Assembly (NCBI GenBank): GCA_025786725.1
Contig: JAHLTZ010000024.1
Location: 379,509-443,508, forward strand
DNA from: Syncephalis fuscata S228
Taxonomy: Eukaryota > Fungi > Zoopagomycota
Direction of reading: 5' to 3'
DNA: 64,000 nucleotides
Positions within the stretch are counted from its first letter, which is position 1. Every line of letters starts with the position of its first letter. This document shows, piece by piece, positions 50,701 to 63,877 of the stretch. Below the pieces are notes generated by a model. It was not told the DNA's origin. It saw nothing but the letters and a program-made list of their open reading frames with translations, and did no database searches. A program made the translations under genes and the position numbers.

Positions 50701-51045
50701 CTTATTTTTCTTCTATACAGCTGCTAACGCCGATTCCTTACCATCCTCCTGCCGCATTGACAGCGTAGTCATTTCGGATTATTCTTGCATTATTCACTAT
50801 ACGCCAGCGTCCCTTAGTAACCGTTGACGCTGTTTCATTTCCCTGACCGAGTGCAAGCCACTTGCTTCTCCTACACTATCTCTTTGTGTTTTATTGCCGT
50901 TGTTGTTTTTTTGTCTATCAATATCGATCCCCTGTGTAGTATCTGACTACTAGCCAGATCGCTTTTATTAACTATACAACAACAATAGTAACTATTATTA
51001 CAACTTTTACTACAAAGGCCATTAAAGTACCGTGTTATTTACACC

Positions 51046-54000
51046 ATGTTGGATACTATTCCCTTAACGCCCAAAGGCAAAAGCCGAGATATTCCCAATG
51101 TGCGCCTAGCCGTGCTCAACGTCAAAGGCATGTCTTGCGCGTCTTGTGTAGCTGGCATTGAAGGCGGCTTGGCCGATGAGCCCGGTATTGTCTCCGTTAC
51201 CGTGTCATTATTGGCAGAACGAGCAGAAGTGCAGTATCGCGACGATATTGTGGGTGCTAACGGCCAGCTTCTTAACGAGGCCGCCATTGCCAATATGATC
51301 GACGAACTTGGATTCCAAGCAACTCCAGTTATACAAGCAAAAGAAGGCAAAACTGAACTGCGTATTTTTGGTATGACTTGTGCGTCATGTTCAGGTGCCA
51401 TTGAACGGGAAATTAGCCAAATGCCTGGCGTTACATCAGTGTGTGTTAATTTGGCACTTGAAGTGGGCCAGTTTGAATATGATCGAAATCAAGTTACTGT
51501 ACGTGATCTGGTTGATGCATTAGCCGATATGGGATTTGATGCACTTTTGGCCGATCAGGGACGTAATGCACAATTAGAATCGCTGGCCCGTACAAAGGAA
51601 GTGACCGAATGGCGTCGAGCTTTTATTGCCGCTATTACACTTGCGGTTCCAGGCTTTCTTATTTCACGTGTATTTCCACGGTTTAGCTGGGGCCGTGCAG
51701 TAACCGATCGTGATTTACTACCTGGTCTTAGTATGGGCAATGTGCTTGAAATAGCACTTACCATTCCTGTTCAATTTATTATTGGTAAACGATTCTATAG
51801 GGCTTCATGGAAGGCACTGTCACATCGTAATGCTACCATGGATGTACTTATTGCACTTAGTACAAGCATTGCCTTTGCCTTTTCAATGCTATCTATTATT
51901 GTGCAATGATTATGCCTTCGCATCCAAAGCCGGCTACTTTCTTTGAAACATCGACCATGCTAATTGCTTTTGTCACATTGGCCGTTATCTAGAGAATATG
52001 GCCAAAGGTAAAACATCAGCTGCATTGTCAAAGCTTATATCTTTAGCACCATCGCAAGCTACACTACTTGAACTAAGTGTAGATGGACAAGTCATTGGAG
52101 AAAGAAAAGTTGCCACTGAGCTGATTCAGCCTGGCGACTTTATTCGTATCTATCCGGGTGAAAAGATTCCAGTAGATGGTGTGGTACGTGAAGGCTCATC
52201 CAATGTTAACGAATCAATGGTAACCGGCGAGCCACTTGAAGTTACCAAGTCAACAGGTGACGATGTTATTGGCGGCACATTGAATGGACAAGGCACACTA
52301 CAGATTAAGGCAAAACGGGTCGGTGGCGACACTACATTAGCACAGATTGTCAAATTAGTTGAAGAAGCACAGACAGCCAAAGCACCTATTCAAAATTTTG
52401 CTGATCGAACTGCACAATATTTTGTACCAACGGTTATTTTATTAGCTATTGTCACGTTTATTGTATGGATGATTGTAGCACATATATTTGACAATGCATT
52501 ACCAGCAGCTTTCCATGGTGGGCACTCAACCTTCCTTGTTTGTCTTAAGCTATGCGTATCAGTTATTGTTGTTGCATGTCCTTGTGCACTTGGCCTTAGT
52601 CTGCCTACAGCGGTTATGGTCGGTACTGGTGTTGGCGCTCAATTAGGCATTCTTATTAAAGGAGGTGATCCATTGGAACGGGCCCATCGAGTTACAAAGG
52701 TTATATTCGACAAGACAGGCACATTGACAGAAGGCCGACTATCAGTATCTAAATGCTATAGAGTCGATGGTTTGAATATGTCAGAGGAGCGGTTTATTGC
52801 ACTAGTGGCACATGCTGAAGATCGTAGCGAGCATCCATTGGGCAAATCAATCGTTGAACATGCTAAAAGCCGATTGCAGATTGAAGTGCTTGGTGGCACA
52901 GTTGAAGACTTTACATCTACTACAGGTGCTGGTATACAGGCTGTTGTTACATTATTATCAACACAGCCGGGCGCACTACAATCAAGTCACCAGAATACTA
53001 GTAATGAGCCAGCTGTTAAAGTATTGATTGGTAATCAGCGCTGGATGGAAGAAAATGGATGTACAATTGATTCAGCCAGTCTAGCTGATATGAAGCAAGA
53101 AGCATCGAGTGGCCGTACGGTTATTCTTATTGCATTGGATGGTAGATTCGCAGGTTATATGTCTTTGGCCGACCGCGTCCGACCTGAAGCACGACGAGCG
53201 GTATACGCTTTACGCCGTCTTGGCATTCGTAGTGCGTTAATTACTGGTGATCAGTTATTAACTGCACAAGGTGTTGCTGCTATTTGTGGCATACGTGAAG
53301 TACACGCCGGCATTACGCCAGCTGGTAAACGACAACTACTATTACGCATGCAACAACGCGGACAAGTAGTTGCTATGGTCGGTGACGGTATTAACGATTC
53401 ACCGGCATTGGCCGCTGCTGATGTCGGTATTGCACTTGCTAGCGGTACCGATGTCGCTATGGAGGCGGCCGATGTCGTTCTAATGCGTACAGATCTATGT
53501 GATGTTGTAGCGGCACTTGATCTATCGCGGACCATTCTTCGCCGTATTCACATGAACTTTGTCTGGGCCACTATCTATAATCTGCTGGGTATTCCAATTG
53601 CTATGGGCTGCTTATTGCCATGGGGCGTTATGCTTAAGCCAATGTGGGCCGGTGCAGCTATGGCCCTTTCAAGCGTATCAGTCGTAGTATCCAGCTTGAT
53701 GCTACGACTTTATCGTAAGCCAAACTGTCCCGATCCAAATATGGCTGCCGATATGGATGCACTTGATGAAGAAGAAAGAATGGCCGCTGAAGCAGAAGAT
53801 GAAGAGGAACTACTGGCCACGACTACGACCTATATGGAGCGACAAGAATCGTCTTACTCGCTGCGTGGTGTTGATGATGCAGAATCGCTTTTTGGCCATG
53901 AAGATCCATTAAGCAAATCATCAGCTGCACTAGATGGTCATCGTAGAGATGGTCTATGGCTAAGTGCACGCACACGCCTTCGACTTCATCGTACACTTCG

Positions 54001-54259
54001 AGCAGTACCGGTGGTGGGCGGTACACTGGCCAGTATATTGCGTATGATGACGCAATCTACACCAACGGCTACTACTACTACTACTACTACTACAGCAACG
54101 GTAACCAATACACCGGCCATGGTCATTCGCAATAAGATTGCATCACGATCTAATCCATACAATCGCGTTGCATCGGCCGACACCGCCATTGCTGAAGTGA
54201 CCGAAAATTCGGCCATCTTTTGCATTGACGACGATGAGGAAGTCGGAAACACGCACTGA
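51046..54259 (+). CDS. CCC2: Copper-transporting P1B-type ATPase (Ccc2/ATP7-like)
   Basis: Two HMA domains (GMSCASC, GMTCASC), [28 protein letters not shown] and MALSS; 1-nt frameshifts near 51906 and 51980. Confidence 0.95.
54069..54092 (+). repeat. (ACT)n microsatellite encoding poly-Thr in the ATPase C-tail
   Basis: Tandem ACT/CTA run, translated as TTTTTTTT. Confidence 0.85.
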
Positions 54260-54501
54260 TGAATCTAACTTTATTAGTATCAGTTTTATATCAATATTAT
54301 TATTGGTAACTATTGCTATATGAATACGTTGATGTAATTGAATACTAAGATTTATTTAGTAGTATACTTGTGAACTGTTTATTAACAGTCATTTTATTGG
54401 CATTTCTATTTACATAATAAATATAATCATTTCTATTCGTATGTGCAGTTATTAATATAATGAATTACATTTATAATAACAATTTATTAATAATTTAATA
54501 T

Positions 54502-55395
54502 GATTTGGGAGTCAAATGACTAAATTGATAACATTCGCGCAATTGCACTGCACATTCAATCTATTGAACATGGGGACAAGTGGTGAGTTTTATTTAATCA
54601 TCACATCATCACACTTATTGCTTTTTTGGGGGACAAATGACTAATATTTAATAACGCCCAATCTATTGAACATGATGATGGGTGGTGAGTGACATCAGTC
54701 ATCAAATACTCGTCATCATAGATTCGTTATCCAGTATGCATATATCCACCATTTACCTATATCATTCCCATTCTGTCCCACACTACTATGTATCATTCTA
54801 CGATACACTAGACACATTTTATTGTTTATACGCGGCAATATACTTTGCTCATTCCACTCATTCCACTATACACACTGTAACTTTAACATCATTTTGTGCA
54901 CTTTTCACTGTACATTTATCGTTTTATTTATCATTCTATACTCACCTAGCCATGTTCTATCCAAAACTGTTTTTATTTTTGTTCTAGATTTATTATTAAC
55001 AAATGTCGACTAATATCGGTCATCTGCTCATGCATATATGCTCAATAACTTTGGCATGACTAATCGTCGCTCCATATTGCATATTCTTTATATTATATGT
55101 TAATTTATTATATAATGAGTACTGGCCATCTATTGCAGCTGTTTATTTTGTTCTAGTTCTATTATTAACAAAGTTTGACTAGTCTTGTTTATTTTGTTCA
55201 TTATAATATATATATTTAAAACATATAAACAATATAATATACCCAATATAGTATAGAATAATATAAGTACATAGAATATATGCATACTGGATAACAAATC
55301 TATGATGACAAATATTTGATAATTGATGTCGCTCACCATTTGTTTCCATGTTCAATAGATTGAATGTGCAGTGCAATTGCGCGAATGTTATTAAA
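54502..55395. mobile_element. MITE/foldback-like element, copy 3 (diverged)
   Basis: Perfect 46-bp inverted repeat 54528-54573 / 55346-55391; further imperfect inverted blocks; interior 54660-55085 is clearly homologous to 9110-9530. Confidence 0.75.
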
Positions 55396-56675
55396 TATAT
55401 TTATTTAATGCCAGCCACACTACATGTAATGATATTATGATTAAATAAATATAACTACAATTAAATAATAAAATAATAAAACATACTGACTTAATGAGCT
55501 TCAAATTCCGCTTTAATCCTAATTTCAGCTATATTATCCAGTCAAATATAAACTACACAGCTACGCTATTATAATGATATAGCTGTATAGCTGTATACTT
55601 GTAATTATAATGCAATGATCCCAACTATACTTGTACACAGCTATACTACCAGTTATATGACCAATTATATTAGTATTTGGCTATACAATCATATGGCTAG
55701 GTATGTTTATATTTCACTATACGGCTATTTGGCTATGCAACAAAAACCAAATATACAAATAGGTAGCTATAGTATTAAACATACAAGCTATTATACACAT
55801 TACTATTTCGCTATACAGTTTTATACACCAACTACTATATAGCCATTTATATAGCCATGCAATTATACAGCTACATATTTATGTGGATAATTTTATAAAA
55901 CACAAACATACGACTAGCTATTTTGCTATATTTGTATCTCGCCAACAGTAATAGTATATTGCGCCCAGTTTCACTATACAACTGTTTGCCAACTATCTTG
56001 CTATTTTACAAAATAGACAGGCAAATAATTACCCTATGACCAAACAAACACAAGATAATATACACGCTGCTATTTTGCTATTTGTCAAATAAAATGCTAT
56101 GCTACTATACTTGTATATTTAACTATATACCAGCACAACTATACAAATAAACAAGTATATTTGTATATGGCTAACTAAGGAAATACATTTGTGCATGGAT
56201 AGCTATATGTCTACACAGATATACATACAAATATACAGCAGCATAAATATACAAGCATACAATAAAGCATTCGGCTATTTCGCTATACAACCAACTAGAT
56301 AAACAAGCAGCTAATGATTATACAGTCAATCATACATTTATATTGCTATATGAGTAAGTATACAATTAAACAGTTACATAACCAATTATAAAACTATATT
56401 TGTATATGACCAAGTTTGATAAACAAATCATTTGATATTTGAATTGCCAGTTTATTTTTTGAAATAAAATTATGTGTTTATTACTGCAAGTTTGCACAGC
56501 TAAATAGGCACATATCAGTGCACACTTGTTAATAATATAATGGTGCCATGGATTAAAAAATGAATAAACCGAAGCATTGGATAGAGCTTGATATACGAAT
56601 GCGCTGACCAGCAGCTGTTGAATAGACTCGTGTCCACAGAACATATGCCTTAAATACACTGAACTAACAGCTCAA

Positions 56676-56936
56676 TTATATTACCAATAAGCCCTTGCGA
56701 TCGTGGTTGCCACCACCAATGATAGGTATAGAAGGACCAGTGTAAGCAGGAGTGCAGCTAGTGCAATAGCCATCATCATCTCGACATTTACAAGCGCCAA
56801 AAGGAGGGATAGGGCCTCTGTCAGAACTTTCGTCTTTTGGAGCACGACGGGTGAGAGTTGGCTTAGCATCCACCATGGTTGTAGTAGCCACAAAGGCCAC
56901 GAGAACGGTGCAGACGACGGCAATGGAAAGCTTCAT
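56676..56936 (-). CDS. Small secreted Cys-rich prepropeptide (86 aa), effector/antimicrobial candidate
   Basis: Signal peptide MKLSIAVVCTVLVAFVATTTMVDA, Kex2-type RR site, CKC-x6-CTSC core; GC-rich coding island in AT-rich surroundings. Confidence 0.8.
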   Translation of the reverse strand: MKLSIAVVCTVLVAFVATTTMVDAKPTLTRRAPKDESSDRGPIPPFGACKCRDDDGYCTSCTPAYTGPSIPIIGGGNHDRKGLLVI

Positions 56937-58049
56937 GGTGATGTTGACTTGTTAGTACAAAGTAGAGCAAGGATGGCGGTGTAGAGTGTAGCGCGTAATT
57001 GCCAGCAAGTAGAAAGTAAGGTTTGAGAGTAGATGGTAGCGAGTGCTTGGTAGAAAGTAGAGCATAAAAATGATTTCAGCTGTCGAATTTATACAATAAT
57101 ACAAATGTTTTTGGACTGCCGATTAGAAAATTAATAATTTGACTATTATGGTTGTTTCAGCTGCGTTTAAAATATCCCCCTCCGCTAACTACGTCAGCTT
57201 GTGTTTTCTTTTTGGCAATGTTCTAAAAATAGGTTGATAAATATAAGCTGCAATGAAGCGTATAATAATAAAGCAAAGATTGTATTAACACCATTGTTTA
57301 TTGTATAAATAAGGCTTGAATAGTGGTAATGTAAACAATAAGCAGTTATATCGCATATGCTTTACTATGAAAAGCATTAATTTGTAAAAACAGTGATAGT
57401 GCTATATACAAGTGGTTATTAATTAATCCAAAGAAACACAAGTAAACGGATGAGCTATCTACCGCTGTTTCAGCTATTCCTTTTTGGCTATCTTACATTG
57501 CTGTCGCTATATTTGTACTAGGAGTGTAGACATGATAGTTTGATTACCATTTTAAATGGAAAATGACATTTAAATTCAGCTCAACACTTCAGCCAACATA
57601 GACAACCATTCGTTTCCATTTTGAATTGCTACTCAGCTAGCTTTGTTTTGGATTGCGTATTGCCGCCCCTCATTATTCCTTTTTGACTATCCTATACCGC
57701 TGTCGTTTTATTTTTACTAAAACGTAAACGTGATAAACCAATTGCCAATTTGAATAGAAGACGCCATTTGAATCTAAAACAGCACCCCTATCACGATAAA
57801 CAATTGCAAAATTTCATTTTGAGCTGTTCTTCAATTAGAATGTTTCATTTCCATGCGGCACCATCGAAAGCACATCTGTTTGTTTAAACAACAGTATGCC
57901 ATGAGCTACTATTTGATATAAATAATTAAATGGTTTATTGGTTGTTTATTTCTTTATCACACACATCTTAGTTCCCACCTGCTGATTCTCATTACTGCAA
58001 TCACAACTGTTTACGAGGCAACAAGGATATAGATATTAAACACCGATTC

Positions 58050-59102
58050 ATGATGTTATCTGGAACCAGCTATTTTTTACCGCTACTGGTGCTACTATCA
58101 GCCGGTCAGAGTATGGCAGGAATTGCAGACTTTGCCGCTAAACAGGGTAGCAATTTAATGAACTTTGTTGCTACAAAAGGTAGCTATTGAATAGCTTTAT
58201 TTGCTATGCAATAATAACCATGACGCAATACTAGATCCTACCTTTGAGTATGGTTTAGGTCGACCTGGCGCACTTGGCGTCGAAGGCCTTAGCATTGATT
58301 CTTCTATGAGTTTAAAAGAAGGCGCGTATATTACGCAAGGAAAATACTTTGTAAAGAAAGACGATCAACGTAACGTTAGAGTTTTATGTGGAAATAGCCA
58401 AACTGAAAATTGGACCTTTAGACTATTCAAAGTATGTATATCCATGACTAGTTTAAACCGCTGACACAATAACCTTGCTGGCAGAATATGTACTTTGTAG
58501 ATTACAGCATGTTTGAAACACCAAAGCCTACTCCACGTCCCCTTTATTTTGTTATTAAGAAGGTTTTTCCACAAAAAGGATATGATTGCTACGTAGTTCT
58601 TAATCCAGGATGTGGAATACCTCTTTACAACTATTTCCGCCCAGGTCCTGATGGAGCACATATACGACAGTTACAATAATTCTTTACTAATAATGGATTA
58701 ACTAGTTATAAGCGACCTCAAATCAAAGCAATGGTGGATAAATGGATATCAGTCCCGTGGTAAGTTGAATATTGAACTATGAATAACTGCAACATACTTA
58801 TATGATTATCAGCTATATGCATTACGCAAAATGCTGTAGTAGTAGGCTATGCCAATGGTGTGGTTCCTATAAATAGCATTAGTGCAGTCGACGAATCGAA
58901 AGATGAATTATGGAAGTCGTTGGCCTTTTCCTACAAAAAATTCAACGCTGGTCTAATGGATAATCAAGCAGAAGACTATGTTAAAAAGCAATACAAGGAT
59001 TTAGCAATTACAACAAATAAACAGCCACAATGTGGGCAACATTTAACGATATTTTATTTAATAGTGCACTTGCTGTTAATAATCAAGAAACGCATACAAT
59101 AA
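58050..59102 (+). CDS. Secreted multi-exon protein, possibly a degenerate kinase fold
   Basis: Signal peptide MMLSGTSYFLPLLVLLSAGQSMA; ORF pieces linked by short GT-AG introns; exon joins and 3' end uncertain. Confidence 0.55.
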
Positions 59103-60045
59103 TACCAATGGTTAGGTGCATTCTCCGCCTTATGTCAAGCCATCGTCCAATGGTATTGCTAGTTGAGCAGCATATAGTTGGAGTGCAGCATTTATGAATT
59201 TCGCTTTTAGCTTAATCGATTATTTATTCTATCGTGCTAATCAACAAACTGACTTATGATTTAATGCAATGATGAATAGTAATGTTTAAGCTGTAGTGTA
59301 CATAGTGTAATAGATGAAATGAATAAAGATTTCACGATGCGTGTAATGATATTACATATGGATATATTATATTTATAAACTAAGTGTACAGCTCGATTCT
59401 GTGATAATAATCACAGCGTTCAATTGAAAACAACAATGTATCAGCCATGATAATATTATAATTTAAGAAATTACGACTAGTTTATGCACAATGACAGATA
59501 TATGTATGTAAATACAACTTATTATATTATATTAATGTTGTATCTGATGCGTATAGATTTGAGAATTGAATTTGTCGGTGAAAGCAGCAGCAAATATGTA
59601 GCAATGCGCTATTGCTGTTGCTGCAGAACTAATAAATTCCGTTTTGCATCGTACGACTAATCGTTTAATAGCGCTGTAAATATTGGCATATAAATTTCTA
59701 TTACATACATACTGGATCATTAGTATTGTCACACCATTTCTGTAGATCTCACAGAAATTAAAGTAAATGCATGACTTTAAACCATCCTAACATTGATATA
59801 TTGGCAAACATATGTTTTAAATTGTCATGTGGATGCACTGCTATCAATTTACATTCCACATTAATGATATGGTTCATACAACACAGTATACTGATATCTC
59901 ATCATATTTATAAACTTAAATGGCTAATGTAAGATGTGTAATTACCCGGTGTTATCAGCATTACAATCTGCTTTCTGCTAAACAGTTTATACTATAAACC
60001 TTTACTTTTTATTCCATCTGTTTATTCCAACAGATCATTATTACT

Positions 60046-60159
60046 ATAAAGCTTTCTATTGTCATCATCTGCATCATTATTATACCGTTTATAGCCACTA
60101 CAGTCATTGTGAATGCTAAGTCAGTTCCAATCCGTTGCAATATGTTTCAATCAAAATAG
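60046..60159 (+). pseudogene. Decayed paralog of the 56676-56936 secreted peptide
   Basis: Translates IKLSIVIICIIIIPFIATTVIVNAKSVPIRC..* versus MKLSIAVVCTVLVAFVATTTMVDAKPTLTRR; start ATG changed to ATA; early TAG. Confidence 0.75.
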
Positions 60160-62680
60160 ATATTCCAACTGTTATATTCACTAACAATAGATTGGATTAA
60201 TGATGCTACTAGATTGTAAGCTTCAATTATGAATTGTTACAATAATTGGTACATCCTCATACATACGATAAATGTAATAAATACGTAAACAGATGGTAAG
60301 TTTGTTATAAACTAATAAAGCAAATATTGTATTTACAATACTAATATGATAAGCTAATATTAATAAAAGGCAAGTAGTATTGTATGATGATTAGCACTTT
60401 AGTTAAATATATTTTATTTATCAAACTAAAAAGAATAAAGTGTAAGCATTATTGTATATTAATCAATTATGTGCTCATTGATGTAATTTATTGTGCATCA
60501 GCAACTTGGTAGCAATAGGCTGCAAGTGATGCTGTAGGTTAAGTAGCTATGAGCTAATTACACGAAATGTACTGTGTGTATCGAAATATTAGTGCTAATA
60601 TGTGGTGTCACTGTATAATGGTTTGTCAACGGTATTATATGTCAATTAGTTATACACTGATTAGATTATGTGTAATGTGCTTATCAATAACTTCATATTT
60701 ATAGCCGATAACTAGCATCTTATATTGATTGACTATGCGCTAATTGAACGCTTACTATGTACTTCAACAAATTAATACTAACAGAAAATAGGGGATACTA
60801 CATACCAATTAACTATACACTTATTAGATAATCTGTACTGTATGTATCAACTGCTTGCTAGTAATAAACGGTAAGTGATATAGTATATCAATTAGCTGTA
60901 TACTAGCTATATACTATGTGTTGCGTGCATCAGCATTCTGCTATTAATAGATGTTAGGTGGCATTTAGTATTGATATTTTATACATTAACTATATAGCAT
61001 GTTTTGTATTTGCTTATAGACATGGAATAGCTGGTACATTCAAGATGTTGGCATTGGCAGTATAATTAAACTACTAGTTCAATATACTTTAAACATATAT
61101 TCGGTGGGAACAAGACCATCCTACAGCCGTCGTTTAATCTATTAATATATCAAGTTTGGCCAATATCCCAATCTAGTCACTTTCTAGTGAATGGAATCAT
61201 TATAGTACTAAATATGCACCTAGCTGCAATTATTTAGCTGTGCAAACTTTTAGTGATAAACGCATAATTACATATTGATTACATTTGCTCAAGCTATTAT
61301 ATCTACGTCTAGATATGTTTATATTCAGCAGTTAGCAACCACTAACCAAGTAAAAAAATAATATTAAATTTGTATAAGCCTTCTGTATTAGCCTTAAACA
61401 TAAATCAACGTGGCTATAACTATGTTGCTAATCAAGGCATGATTTGTATGTAACTATTTAACAGCACATGCTAGTAATAGAATCTGCTGTATTTATGTGC
61501 AAGTATACCATGAATAGCATGAAAACTATCATAACATACAACCAGTGTAACATCATATTGGAATTGCTATAGCAGTTGTTTTAGCTTTCAAATACTGAAC
61601 AGTGAGCTTTGTCATCTGTACTACTGTTAAGTAGACTAACAAGTGGAATGAATTTATAACAATAAAATTAACATTTGATTAGCATAATATTTCTATTGCA
61701 TTGCTGTTTATTTACGCACAACATAAATTACACATAGCCTAATTTCGAAATGATGTGCTGATACTAGTTTATCATTTGATGCGGCAATGCATATTGTTAT
61801 AAAGCAAGCAATACGACATTTAATAGTATATTATTTATTAAGCATTGTATAATTAGTACGTTTATATTGCTAGATACAATTATATTCAGTTTAAGCGATT
61901 AATAAACTATGCACTAGTCGATAATAAAGTTAAAAACAACTAAGAATTAACATAAGACAAAAGATGGCAAACAGCACATAAAACAATATACTTGAGAATA
62001 AACAACAAATATTGTTAAGACAAATGAACGACGCAAAATCGGTTGATATCCATTAATTAATATACAGTGATTATAATAGAATGGCAATTATAAAAGCTGA
62101 ACATAAGCTATATTAATGATTTAAGCAGAGTTTAATTAAAAACAAATAAAACAATGCCGCCATATCAATATGAATGATCATATTTGTACATACACGGCGC
62201 AAACATAGAGCTATTGCATAATAATAACCTTAAGCTACACGACTGAGTTACTGTCAAAAAGATAGAAATTGTAATTTACGTAGAAATAGACGCAATAAAA
62301 GCAGCTACATACCAAAATACTTGTTACTTTGAATTATTCAAACATACAATAGCAACTGGGATGTATATTTACTGTCTAAAGTATGTCGGTATGTAGTATA
62401 TTATATTTACACATACTAATATATGAATAATAAGTCATAATAACAACCAAATAACTATACATGGTTGGACTGTTACTATAACTATTTACAGCTTAATAAT
62501 TGTGAGTATATCATTGTAAGCATATGCGCAAGGTATACTGGATAGTTTAAAAGTAAGCGTCACGTTGTATGTATTCCATGGCAATCACATTACTTAATGA
62601 ATAGATAATACATCATTTTAAATTAAGCGATCTTTCTATTGAATTTGCTTACAAGTATATCATTTTGCTCATATTCATCC

Positions 62681-63877
62681 AGAATTACATATTTGTCAAT
62701 TTATAGCGACGACAGTATTAAAAGTGACATTTTTTAGAACAAATATAAGACCATGATGGTACTGAGCATGCATAAAACAACTGACCAGTTCGCCGATCTA
62801 CTATGTAAAGACCCGTTTTGGCTAGCTGTTACTGTGCCTACTGATACAGAAATGCGTACACTTAGTAAGGTAATGTCATAAAATAGTTGGTTAATTATAA
62901 TTTTAACACATTGAATACTAAATATTTCGTATACATCCATTGACAGCTGAAGATATTATGACAGAGGACCCACGCGAGAAATGCGAGCTATTTTGCAGCT
63001 ACTATTTTATTTGCTTCCGTTCATTTGACGCTAATCCACATAGCGATACTTATTTGGAACCAGTATCAGTGTTTACAGTAGTAATGCGTAAAGGTATTAT
63101 TTTAATCTATCAGCAACCAACACCACATACACGCAATGTATTGCGCCGTATTCGACAACTAACTGATTATGTTACCATATCGCCCGACTGGATCAATTAT
63201 GCACTTATCGACGATATAACTGATGGATTTGCACCACTTATTGGCAATCTGCAACTAGAAGTGGATAGTATTGATGAACTAGTACTGATTCTAAAGGAAT
63301 CAGAGCAAAGTGATATGTTGCGTCGAATTGGATATGCTCGAAAGAAGGTAATGACATCAATGCGACTTTTTGGTAGTAAAGCAATGTGATGCGTGGATTA
63401 ATTAAACGATGCAATGATTGGGCTGGTGATGAAATTGAATTATATCTTGGTGATATTCAAGATATTTATATGTATATTTGATATATGAATATAATAGTAA
63501 CACTATGACATAGATCGTTTAATTGCAATGTTACAGAATGTGGCACATTACGAAAAATTATTGCTTGTGTACATGGCAATTATTTGGCACAGATCGGTAT
63601 TGAGTTGACACAGTCGTCCAATGCTACCAAGATATTATGTCAAAACTGACAGTTCTTGCTACTATTATAGTGCCAATAAACGTTGTTACTGGTAAGTGTA
63701 GAATGCATATGTAGTAGCTATTAGTTTAACCAATTTGTTTACAGGTTTATGGGGAATGAATGTGCAAGTACCTGGTCAAGATGCTGAGGGGCTTGCATGG
63801 TTCTTTGGAATCATCGGTGGCATGGTAATATTAGTATTATCTTATACGTGTATATGCGACGCAATAAAGTTCTTTAA
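62681..63877 (+). CDS. CorA-family Mg2+ transporter (Alr1/Mnr2-like); 5' end uncertain
   Basis: PFW...PTDTEMRTLSK|IFRIHPLTAEDI..EDPREKCELF, DWINYALIDDITDGFAP, LYLGDIQD and TG|LWGMNVQVPG motifs; several introns and indels. Confidence 0.9.

Noticed and set aside
51907-51909. TGA in the Cu-ATPase (and at 10856) as selenocysteine or readthrough
   Set aside because: Homology continues in a different frame, so these are frameshifts, not in-frame recoding.
60900-62650. Possible exon fragments upstream of the CorA gene
   Set aside because: Could not assemble a consistent reading frame or recognise a domain; left unannotated.
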